Positions 11,833 to 20,298 of a stretch of 64,000 nucleotides of DNA are shown here, piece by piece. Each line of letters opens with the position of its first letter. The stretch's first letter is position 1. The notes beneath the pieces are model-generated. The model was not told where the DNA came from, searched no databases, and saw only the letters and a list, made by a program, of their open reading frames with translations. The DNA is from an uncultured Verrucomicrobiota bacterium (GTDB lineage: Bacteria; Verrucomicrobiota; Verrucomicrobiia; Limisphaerales; CAIMTB01): the NCBI GenBank assembly GCA_942490575.1, contig CALNYA010000069.1:53901-117900 (forward strand), read 5' to 3'. The position numbers and the translations under genes were made by a program.

Positions 11833-12196
11833 CTACTGACCAGTTCTCGATGACCTTATCGATGTTCTTCTTATATTTTTGCATGTAGGCGTTGAATTGA
11901 GACCTGAATTGCAACCCGATATTAATGCCGTTGATAATGACATTCCGTAGCATCCACCGCCCGTCAATCAGTTCCAACTGGTACTGTACCGGATAGATCG
12001 TGCCTGATTTAGTATGAATTTCCAGGTCAATGGTAGCCCTGTCATCCGTTTGTTCCGGCGTTGATGGAGGGACCACAACAACCTTCTCATTGTCAAACTC
12101 CACCAGTGCACTTGCATAGGTACGAACCAGCGCATTCTGGAAAGTCGTGACAAATTTTGCCTTCTGGACATCGGTGGCATCCCGGTAGTGCTTGGG
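11813..12196 (-). CDS. mlaC: MlaC-like periplasmic phospholipid-binding protein, N-terminally truncated at the poly-G joint
   Basis: The frame reads ...KHYRDATDVQKAKFVTTFQNALVRTYASALVEFDNEKVVVVPP...DGRWMLRNVIINGINIGLQFRSQF... It aligns by eye with the E. coli MlaC segment [30 protein letters not shown] onward. Roughly the first 85-90 residues are absent. Confidence 0.7.
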   Translation of the reverse strand, partial: PKHYRDATDVQKAKFVTTFQNALVRTYASALVEFDNEKVVVVPPSTPEQTDDRATIDLEIHTKSGTIYPVQYQLELIDGRWMLRNVIINGINIGLQFRSQFNAYMQKYKKNIDKVIENWSVDVDNQA

Positions 12197-12230
12197 AAAA
12201 GAGGGGGGGAGGGGGGGGGGGGGAGGAGGG
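12195..12230. other. Poly-G / G-rich tract forming the joint between the mlaC fragment and an unrelated coding fragment
   Basis: The sequence is gggaaaagagggggggagggggggggggggaggaggg. Coding homology stops on both sides of it. Confidence 0.8.
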
Positions 12231-14640
12231 CGAGAATGAAATCTACTATGCGGATGAAGGTCTTAAACTGGACCAGATCGCTGCTGGCGATGAGTTCAAC
12301 TATCTGACTGAGAGCGGCTACAACTGGATTACTGTTGTTGATGCAGTTCCCTCCAGGGAGCTGGCCGCAGCTGATTTTGCAGCCATCAGCCGTTCTGATG
12401 AGACTGGCTCCAACTTTGTGGCCTTGACTCCCCAGGATCTTTTGCAGGTTAATGTGATTGATTTTGAGGATGATCCCTACAGCCGTTATATGAAGGTCAG
12501 GTGGGAGAATCCCATTGATCGCAGTTCACAGAGAATCTCATTAAAATCATATGACCAGAATGGTTGGCAGAAGTTCAGTGACGATAATGAGTATATCAGC
12601 GGTAACAGTGAATATATTTTCTGGAACCTCGATAATATCTGGGGTGGTATCGACTCCATCCGCTTTGAACTGCAGTGCAGCGATGCATTCAATTCCAATC
12701 AGCGCTACGTAAATGTCATCGAGGCCAGTCAGGCTGATCAGCCGGTTAGCCTCAACCTGGTCAACGGCCCCTGGCAGCGTTCAGCTCCGGTCAATGAGTG
12801 GGAGCGCGCCCGCCAGATGAGCCTCAGCTTCAGGGTCAGCGGCAACACCATCTCCGAGATTCATTATGAGAGCCTGCCGTCTTATAATATTAAGGGAGAC
12901 TGTCCCGAGGTGGTAAGCATCGCGGCCGGCGGAACATTTGAGTTTCCGGTAGCCAGACTCGGTGTGATCAAGGGGCGTTTTACGGCAGGTGATAGTTGTG
13001 AAGGTTCTTTACGGGTGAATAGCGGGCTTTCACTATCATGGAAATCTGAACCCTTTGATTCGGCTGCTGTGGTTGATGAAGATATCACCAGTGGGCAGTG
13101 GCAGGGTCTGGAAACATCGACCTATGTAAAGTTTGAAGTTGTGGATGGTCAGCTGGTGGCGGTCAGGTATTCTCTAAATGGCTCAGCTGAAGTTGTGCTT
13201 GGAGATGTTGAGGTTGACGAGGACGGTAACTTTGTGGCCGGTAACGGTCAGGTAACCATCAGCGGACGTTTCATTGACGGCAGTGTTTGTAACGGTAGCA
13301 TCGAATCCGATGGAGAGACTGTTACCTGGCAGAGTGCCCCGGCTACAATGCTGACAGAGATTAAGACAATCTTGAACAGTATCAATCTGGCCTATGATGG
13401 CGGCTATCCTCAGTCTGATACGGATAAGGATCTGTTGCGCGGTATGGTAAACGATGCCTACCTGAACAGCATGATGGATAAGACTGGCGTTGTTTCGGAT
13501 GAGGGCGAATGGTTTAAGAGTAATCTTGATCCGATTTTTGTCAAGATTTATCCTGAGATGGGTATCCCGGTCGCTGATATTAAACTGAGATTGAAATCTT
13601 TGCACCGAGCCATGGGACCGGTCTACCGCAATGAGATCTATCTGGGAAATGAGCTGGAAAATGAGCACGGCCTCTATCCTGCCGGCGTTTGGGCGATTGT
13701 GGAGTTTGGGGTTGGCGATCATCAAGGTGAGTTTCTGACCAGTTTTGTTAAACCGAGCAAGATCCTTGATAAGTGGGAACTCTACGGCAACCGCTCTCCC
13801 ATGGGCGGTTTTGGCAGCCCGTTCGGAAAGGTTAATCGTATAGAAAATCTTACCACTGGCAGTGTGAACTATGAGTCTGCTCTTGCCTATATGCTGGGCT
13901 CCGGCGGCAGCGGGTTTGCTGACTTTATGGCTTATAATCCTGCCTTCAAGGGTGATTTTAAAATGTGGCCCATGCTGAGTGACGGCTGGCTGAACTTCAC
14001 CATGCAGGATTGGAGCTACACGACCTCGCCCTGGATGCCCAATGACACTGAGTTCTTTGATTATGAAGGACTCGATATTGAACTGCTCAGAGAGAATCGG
14101 GAAATTGTCTACTCGGGTATGATCAATAACAGACTGCATACCTGGACCGAGCTGCTGGCAGATGAAAAACTGCCCATTAACCGAGATGCAGCAGCCATGC
14201 TCGATTGTGGTGATATCGTCTCGCCGGTAGATGTTGCCGGGTTTGTTGTGCATGCGGACGGTTCGGTAAATGTTGAATGGCAGGAACCGGTTAATGGCTC
14301 TATGGGAGCTGTGGTTGTCAAAGCGACTACTGTTAATGGTGTTCAATATGAGGGATCGCTCTGGAATCCGGCTGCGCCTGTAATTGAAGATTATCAGGGT
14401 TGGACCAGTGCTGTGATACCTTTGGCTTTTCAGGGTGAGGCTATTGATCCGGCAGCGCAGATCGTTTCCTTTGAGATTGAACTCCTGCCCATGGTTGACG
14501 GAAATAAAAACTGGTTTAGCAGTCGCTATATATTTAGTTCGGGCACCTGGCTGACCGGCAGCGTAATTGCCGATGGACCGGTGGGTAACCTGGTTACTCT
14601 GGTGGATGCCGAAGGCGCAGTGGCTGTCTCATTCGCGATC
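12231..14640 (+). CDS. Internal fragment of a large unknown (probably extracellular) protein, with no start or stop inside the fragment
   Basis: This is the central part of ORF 12157..14778. It has a coding-like composition and an acidic/aromatic-rich sequence. Two related roughly 100-aa modules end in GRFTAGDSCEGSLRVNSGLSLSWKSEP and GRFIDGSVCNGSIESDGETVTWQSAP. The ORF is bounded only by the poly-G joint and the G+C jump near 14640. Confidence 0.5.
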
Positions 14641-15136
14641 CCCAGGTCGGATGAATCCCGGCGCCACGGAAGCTGGACGGCGAGAAGGCGTCGGCCTGAC
14701 GGATCAGACCGAACGCGATCTGGAATGTCGTGTCCGGCGACTCGGTGGCGATGTCGTCGAGGACCAAGCCGCACCTGAAGCGGAACGAATCGGCGCGGGT
14801 CAGGACCGTGGGGAGCGGGAGGTGGAAGAATGCGTTGGGACGACGTGAATCCCAGGTGACCGCCAGCCGAGCCCGGGTGGCGTCCCAGGCGAAGTGGCTC
14901 GCGTCGCCCTCGATTCGCCAACCACGGGACGAGGGGTCGGAGGAGAAGTCCTCGCGCCAGAGCACCCGCTCACCCGGCACGGATCCGGACTCGGCGGATC
15001 CGGCGACGGAGACCGGGATCCGTGCCAAGTCCAGGGCGAGGAGGATCGCGATCGCGCGGAGCAGCGCGGCGAAGGGACCCCGAACGGCGCCCGCCTGGAT
15101 ACCGGCTTGGGTGCCGGTGGACCTTCGGATTCTCAC
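14641..15136 (-). CDS. Hypothetical secreted protein, 3' end lost at the composition breakpoint
   Basis: This is the tail of ORF 14594..16180. The GTG at 15136 overlaps the upstream stop (GTGA). The sequence has a signal-like GPFAALLRAIAILLALDLA, then VLWREDFSSDPSSRGWRIEGDASHFAWDATRARLAVTWDSRRPNAFFHLPLP... The coherent sequence ends about 14630-14655. Confidence 0.45.
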
Positions 15137-16002
15137 GGGTTGGTTTCCTGGCTCGGCTTCCGGGCGAGCCTGCGACGGGCGACTCCGACGAGGACGCCGA
15201 GCAGCGTGAGAGCTTTCGCGGAAGGTTCCGGGACGGCGCTGAATCCGTCGATCTCGGCGCGGTCCTCCAGGACGTCGATGCGCACAAACTGGATCGAATC
15301 GAGGTGGGCTTGCGAGCCGTCGGGATTGCGGGCCCAGCCGATGTCGAATCCCGTGCCGCCGCCGGAACCGTCGTAGAGCGCCCGGATGCCGGCGAGATCG
15401 AGACCGTTGAAGTCGGCTTCGCCGAGGGTCGGTGGCACCGGGCGGAAGAAGTCCCCGGATCCGTCCGTTGGGAAGTACCCGTCGACCGTTGGAGCCAGCG
15501 AGAGGTCGAGGGGAAAGAACTGGGTGCCGTCGGCGCTCACCCCGACCCGGGTGGGGCCGGTCGAGTCGCCGAAGAGCGAGCCGTCGGTGATCCCACCGCC
15601 GGAGAAGTCCCCATTGGTGATGAGGAACGCGGCGGCCCCGAAGACGAGGAAATCGAGGCCGTGGGGATTCCCGGCGAGATTCAGGACGGGGTACTGGAAG
15701 CGGACGGTGAGGGAGCCTGATTCGCCGATCGAGACGATCTGGTCGGATTGCCACGGGGCGCTGAAGGGATCGACCGGGCCGCCGAATTCGCCGGGGATAA
15801 CCCGGGACGGTTGGCCGAGGGCGGACGAGGGATCCTGGTAGCCGTTGGCGGCTCCGGTGCCGGGGGAGTACCCGAGGATCTCGGCGGCGTGGTTGGCGGG
15901 CGTCTGAGCCGGGGTGGCGAGGGACAGGACGAGGGAAGTGGCGACGGCGAAGCCGGCCACCGACGGGACGGGGCGGATGGTGTTCATCGATCTGGTCTGC
16001 AT
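15133..16002 (-). CDS. PEP-CTERM-anchored secreted protein
   Basis: This is the inner part of ORF 15133..16350. The likely start is MQTRSMNTIRPVPSVAGFAVATSLVLSLATPAQT (signal peptide; alternative ATG at 15987). The C-terminus VPEPSAKALTLLGVLVGVARRRLARK gives the PEP motif, a TM helix and a basic cluster. Confidence 0.75.
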   Translation of the reverse strand: MQTRSMNTIRPVPSVAGFAVATSLVLSLATPAQTPANHAAEILGYSPGTGAANGYQDPSSALGQPSRVIPGEFGGPVDPFSAPWQSDQIVSIGESGSLTVRFQYPVLNLAGNPHGLDFLVFGAAAFLITNGDFSGGGITDGSLFGDSTGPTRVGVSADGTQFFPLDLSLAPTVDGYFPTDGSGDFFRPVPPTLGEADFNGLDLAGIRALYDGSGGGTGFDIGWARNPDGSQAHLDSIQFVRIDVLEDRAEIDGFSAVPEPSAKALTLLGVLVGVARRRLARKPSQETNP

Positions 16003-16472
16003 CACGGACACCGCGCGCCCAGGCGCGGAGTTTGGACTGCGAGACCAGCGCGGAATCGAGGGCGCCTGGGAAGGCGACCGGGACCCGGAATCGGGAGCTC
16101 CGAGGAACTCCGTGAAGACGACCGGCCGACAAGCCGGTGCCACTGGCCTCATCCTTCTCTTGGGCGGAGAAGTGTCCCAACCGACCGAACGGATGGAGTT
16201 GGGACGGACGAGCATGGATGGACCGGTCTCCTGACTCCGGGCTGCGAACCTCGCCCCCGCCTTCCCAGCGTCGCCGCTAGTGGCTTGTGGGGGTCTGTCA
16301 CCCGATACAGTGGCGCTACCGTCCCCGATTCCCACGGGGTTCCCGAGCATCTATCCATGTGGACCGGGGAAAGCCCCGGGACTTCAAAGAACGCGGTCTA
16401 CGGGTAGCGGGTCGCGCCGGGTACGCGCAAGCCATTTCCCGGAAACGCCGGATCGATCGACGGGCGGATTCC

Positions 16473-17012
16473 TCAGTAGGCGATCAGGGAACGGACCGCC
16501 TTCCCGGGCAGGCGCGCGCGGCCGTCGAGAAAACCCAGTTCGATCACGAAGGCGAGTTCGAGGACCTTGCCGCCCAGACGTTCGATGAGCTGGACGGTGG
16601 CCGCCGCGGTGCCGCCGGTGGCGAGGACGTCGTCGACGAGCAACACCCGCTCACCCGGTTGGATGGCGTCGACGTGCATGGCCAGGGTGTTGGTTCCGTA
16701 CTCGAGGCTGTAGCTCTCCTCGATGGTCTGGTAGGGCAGCTTCCCCTTCTTTCGGACGGGAACGACGCCCGTGCCGAGTCGGAGGGCGACCGCCGAGGCG
16801 AACAGGAAACCCCGCGCGTCGATACCCGCGACCACGTCGATTTCGCCGGGCTTCCAGGATCCCACCAGAAGCTGGATGCAGGACGAGAAGAGGCCGGGAT
16901 CCGCGAGCAGGGGTGTGATGTCCTTGAACTGGATGCCGGGCTTGGGGAAATCCGGGACATTCCGGATGGAGGCCTGGAGGTCGGTGGCGGAGTGCGAAGA
17001 CTGGGGAGGCAT
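16473..17012 (-). CDS. apt: Adenine phosphoribosyltransferase
   Basis: 179 aa with ...IRNVPDFPKPGIQFKDITPLL..., ...VAGIDARGF..., ...VLLVDDVLATGGTA... Confidence 0.95.
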   Translation of the reverse strand: MPPQSSHSATDLQASIRNVPDFPKPGIQFKDITPLLADPGLFSSCIQLLVGSWKPGEIDVVAGIDARGFLFASAVALRLGTGVVPVRKKGKLPYQTIEESYSLEYGTNTLAMHVDAIQPGERVLLVDDVLATGGTAAATVQLIERLGGKVLELAFVIELGFLDGRARLPGKAVRSLIAY

Positions 17013-17211
17013 GGGGGGGGATGGGTGGTGACGACGGGGAAGGGTAACCGCCGGAACCGACCGGGGTCACGCCCCTGTTGACGCCGACGGTGACGACTCG
17101 CTTCCAACGGAGCGTTCCGTGGTGGTCGCCTTCGGAGTGGAGATGGGGCTTGAACGGAGGCGGGTCGTGGCGACAGCTTGGGCGGCCATGGCCGCGCCCT
17201 TGGAGCCCGAC

Positions 17212-17490
17212 ATGAATCCGACGGGTCCAGTCAGCCGACCGGAGTCGTGTTCCCTCGCGCAGGTGAGCGCCGGGGAGTGTGTGCGGGTCCTGGAATTGAA
17301 CGCGCCTCCGGAAGTGGCGATACGCCTTCGGGAACTCGGCTTCTGCGAACAGCAGCGGATCCGGTTGCTGAGCAAGCACACCCACGTGATCTGTCAGGTC
17401 TGCAATGTGCGCCTGGGGATCAGCAAGGACCTGGCGGGCATGATCGTGGTGGAGCCGGCGGGGCCGCGGGGAAGGGAGACGAGATCATGA
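17212..17490 (+). CDS. feoA: FeoA-family protein (first of two)
   Basis: This is the tail of ORF 17119..17490: CSLAQVSAGECVRVLELNAPPEVAIRLRELGFCEQQRIRLLSK...NVRLGISKDLAGMIVVE. The start is uncertain (ATG 17212 chosen). Confidence 0.75.
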   Translation: MNPTGPVSRPESCSLAQVSAGECVRVLELNAPPEVAIRLRELGFCEQQRIRLLSKHTHVICQVCNVRLGISKDLAGMIVVEPAGPRGRETRS

Positions 17491-17726
17491 GCGGGGAGAA
17501 TCTTGTGTTGAGCGCCATGGCGGCGGGAACGCGCGGCCGGGTGGCGGAGATCCGGTTGCCCGGGCCGGACAAGTCCCGGTTGATGGAGATGGGGCTGCTG
17601 GTGGGGACGCCTGTGGAACTCGTTCGATTCGCGCCGTTGGGCGATCCCGTGGAAATCAAAGTGCGCGGCTACCACCTCACCCTTCGCAAGCACGAGGCGG
17701 ATCTGATCCTCGTCCGGCCCGCGTGA
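17487..17726 (+). CDS. feoA: FeoA-family protein (second)
   Basis: MSGENLVLSAMAAGTRGRVAEIRLPGPDKSRLMEMGLLVGTPVELVRFAPLGDPVEIKVRGYHLTLRKHEADLILV. It shares an ATGA overlap with the first feoA stop. Confidence 0.85.
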   Translation: MSGENLVLSAMAAGTRGRVAEIRLPGPDKSRLMEMGLLVGTPVELVRFAPLGDPVEIKVRGYHLTLRKHEADLILVRPA

Positions 17727-17811
17727 TGGTGGATCGGGTGCGCAAACCGCCGACAACCAAGCGCAAGCCGGCGCAAGCCCCGGGCGTCGGAACGTCCCAG
17801 ATTGGAGGGGA

Positions 17812-20052
17812 ATGACGTCCGTCCCGGCGACCGGATCCCTGCCGACGGCCCCGCGAGAGCTTCTCGTGGTGCTGACCGGCAATCCCAACTGCGGCAAGAC
17901 GACCCTGTTCAACGCCCTGACCGGGCTGCGGGCCAAGGTGGGCAATTACGCGGGCGTCACCGTCGAGCGGAAGGAAGGCCGCCTCCGGGGCACGCCGCCG
18001 CACCTGAAGATCACCCTTCTGGACCTGCCAGGATCCTACAGCCTGAGTCCCCAATCGCCCGACGAGGCGGTGGCCCGCGACGTGCTTCTCAGGCGTTCGC
18101 CCGAAGTCGGCGCGCCGTCGGTGGTCGTCATCCTGGTGGATGCCTCGAACCTCGAACGGAACCTCTATTTCGCCACCCAGGTGATCGAGTTGGGATACCC
18201 GACGGTCATCGGGCTCAACATGGTCGATGTCGCGACCGAAAACGGGACGGACGTGGATTCCGAAAGTTTGGCCGATGAGTTGGGAGTTCCCGTGGTGCCG
18301 CTGGTGGCGAGCCGCGGGGAGGGATTGGAAAAGCTGCGGGCCGAGGTCCTCCGATTGGCGTTGCACCCGCGGGAGACGACGGTTCCCGCGCCCCGCCGGT
18401 TCGTGGAGGTTCCGACGGCCATGGAACGGGAATGGACGGACCTGACGGGCCGCCGCTTGGGACCGATCGAACCGGGAATGCCCTCGCCCCGTTTGGAGGC
18501 GTTGCTGCTTCTGACCGACGACAAGGCCCTGAACGGACTGACGGCCCACTGGCCCGCCGACACCGCGGGTTGGGTGGCCTCGGCCCGGGGGCGCCTGGCG
18601 ACGGCGGACGTGGACTGGACGAGCGCGGCGATCGAGGGGCGCTACGCGAGGGTGTCGGCGATCCAGGAGGCGGTGGCGACGGCCCCTTCGATGGTGGGCG
18701 AGACCCTGAGCGACCGGCTGGACCGAGTGGTCACGCACAGGATCTGGGGGCCCGTGATCTTCGTTGGTCTGATGTTCCTCATATTCCAGACCATGTTCAC
18801 GTTGGCGGAATGGCCGATGGGCTGGATCGAAAGCGGTGTCGGATGGCTGGCCGACGCCGTTCAGGGAGCGATGCCCGAGGGGGATCTGCGGGATCTGCTG
18901 ACGGACGGTGTCGTCGCGGGCGTGGGCGCGGTGATCGTGTTCCTGCCGCAGATCCTGCTGCTGTTCCTGTTTCTGGCGTTGCTGGAGGACACCGGCTACA
19001 TGGCGCGCGCGGCGTTTCTCATGGATCGGCTGATGAGCAAGGTGGGCCTGCACGGGAAAAGTTTCATCCCGCTGCTGGGGTCCTTCGCGTGCGCCATTCC
19101 GGGAATCATGGCGACCCGGACGATCGAGACGCCCAAGGACCGGTTGGTGACGATCCTCGTGGCGCCTCTGATGAGCTGTTCGGCGCGTCTGCCCGTCTAC
19201 ACGGTGCTGATCGCGGCCTGCATCCCGAACGTGGTCTTCCTGGGGTTCCTGAAGCTCTCGGCGCTCACGATGCTGAGCATGTACCTCCTGGGGATCGTGG
19301 TGGCGCTGGGAATGGCCTGGATCTTCAAGCGGACACTCCTCAAGGGACACGCGCCACTCCTGATCATGGAACTGCCGCCGTACAAGCGCCCGGGCGTGCG
19401 GGTGGTGCTGCGCCACATGCTGGACCGGTCGATGCTCTTCCTCCGTCGGGCCGGCACGGTGATCCTGGTGATCAACATGGTGCTGTGGGTCCTGGCGACC
19501 TACCCGCGCAGCGGGGAGCGGGAGGCGGCGTTCGCGGAACAACTACGGACCGTCGCGGCGGAAGGCGGCCCGACGGCTGACGAACGGGTGGCGGCGCTCG
19601 AACGGGAGCATGCCGGGGAGCGGTTGCGGCATAGCTTCGCGGGCGTCCTCGGACGCGCGATGGAGCCGTGGATCGCCCCGCTGGGATTCGACTGGAAGAT
19701 CGGCATCGGGCTGGTGGCGTCCTTCGCGGCCCGGGAGGTTTTCGTCAGCACGATGTCGACCGTCTACAACGTCGGGGAGTTCGACGAGTCGGAGGAGGGG
19801 ACCCGCGGATTGGCGGCGGTGTTGCAATCCCAGCGACGGGAGGATGGGAGCCTGTTGTACACGCCCCTGACCGGCGTGACCCTGATGGTGTTCTACGTCT
19901 TCGCGTTGCAGTGCGTGAGCACGATCGCGGTGGTGCGGCGCGAGACCAACGCCTGGAAGTGGCCGCTGTTCCAACTGGCTTACATGACCGGGCTGGCATG
20001 GATCCTGGCGTTCGTGACCTACCAGGGCGGACGGTGGCTCGGGTTTTCGTGA
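17812..20052 (+). CDS. feoB: Ferrous iron transporter FeoB
   Basis: 746 aa with an N-terminal G domain (LTGNPNCGKTTLFNALTG, DLPGSYSL) and a polytopic membrane domain. Confidence 0.95.
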   Translation: MTSVPATGSLPTAPRELLVVLTGNPNCGKTTLFNALTGLRAKVGNYAGVTVERKEGRLRGTPPHLKITLLDLPGSYSLSPQSPDEAVARDVLLRRSPEVGAPSVVVILVDASNLERNLYFATQVIELGYPTVIGLNMVDVATENGTDVDSESLADELGVPVVPLVASRGEGLEKLRAEVLRLALHPRETTVPAPRRFVEVPTAMEREWTDLTGRRLGPIEPGMPSPRLEALLLLTDDKALNGLTAHWPADTAGWVASARGRLATADVDWTSAAIEGRYARVSAIQEAVATAPSMVGETLSDRLDRVVTHRIWGPVIFVGLMFLIFQTMFTLAEWPMGWIESGVGWLADAVQGAMPEGDLRDLLTDGVVAGVGAVIVFLPQILLLFLFLALLEDTGYMARAAFLMDRLMSKVGLHGKSFIPLLGSFACAIPGIMATRTIETPKDRLVTILVAPLMSCSARLPVYTVLIAACIPNVVFLGFLKLSALTMLSMYLLGIVVALGMAWIFKRTLLKGHAPLLIMELPPYKRPGVRVVLRHMLDRSMLFLRRAGTVILVINMVLWVLATYPRSGEREAAFAEQLRTVAAEGGPTADERVAALEREHAGERLRHSFAGVLGRAMEPWIAPLGFDWKIGIGLVASFAAREVFVSTMSTVYNVGEFDESEEGTRGLAAVLQSQRREDGSLLYTPLTGVTLMVFYVFALQCVSTIAVVRRETNAWKWPLFQLAYMTGLAWILAFVTYQGGRWLGFS

Positions 20053-20065
20053 CGTGACGACGCGG

Positions 20066-20174
20066 AAAGGGGTCGGTCAATGGTATTGGAGTATTTCGCG
20101 GTAGGGCATCGGCGGAAATCTGCCTGCCCAACCCGATATGCCAATACGCCGATACCATTGACCGACCCCTTTGC
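20066..20174. repeat. MITE-like / REP-like hairpin element, copy 1
   Basis: Sequence aaaggggtcggtcaatggtattggagtatttcgcggtagggca...tgcccaacccgatatgccaatacgccgataccattgaccgacccctttg. The termini are inverted repeats (GGGGTCGGTCAATGGTATTG / CAATACCATTGACCGACCCC). A second copy lies at 22929-23027 in the same orientation. Confidence 0.8.
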
Positions 20175-20193
20175 GGCGACCCCTTTGCGGCCC

Positions 20194-20285
20194 CCAACTG
20201 GCTTACATGACCGGGTTGGCATGGATCCTGGCGTTCGTGACCTTCCAGGGCCTACCAGGGCGGCCTTTGGCTGGGTTTCAGCTGA
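20194..20285 (+). repeat. Degenerate second copy of the last ~80 nt of feoB
   Basis: ccaactggcttacatgaccgggTtggcatggatcctggcgttcgtgacc... matches 19971-20052 with a few substitutions and an internal ~10-nt insertion (ttccagggcc). Without the insertion it reads TYQGGLWLGFS-stop, against TYQGGRWLGFS-stop in feoB. Confidence 0.85.
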
Positions 20286-20298
20286 CCTCGGCGCCCGA

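Noticed and set aside
13183-14346. A 387-aa minus-strand ORF inside the orphan fragment
   Set aside because: The composition (many I/N/R/H with low complexity) looks antisense. The + strand frame is open across the entire fragment and has protein-like sequence.
14594-16350. The full extents of ORFs 14594..16180 and 15133..16350
   Set aside because: Their upstream parts are Arg/Pro-rich read-through. Credible proteins start at the internal signal peptides (GTG 15136 and ATG 16002/15987).
17677-19542. A 621-aa minus-strand ORF opposite feoB
   Set aside because: It is Arg/His/Pro/Gln-rich nonsense antisense to a clear FeoB sequence.
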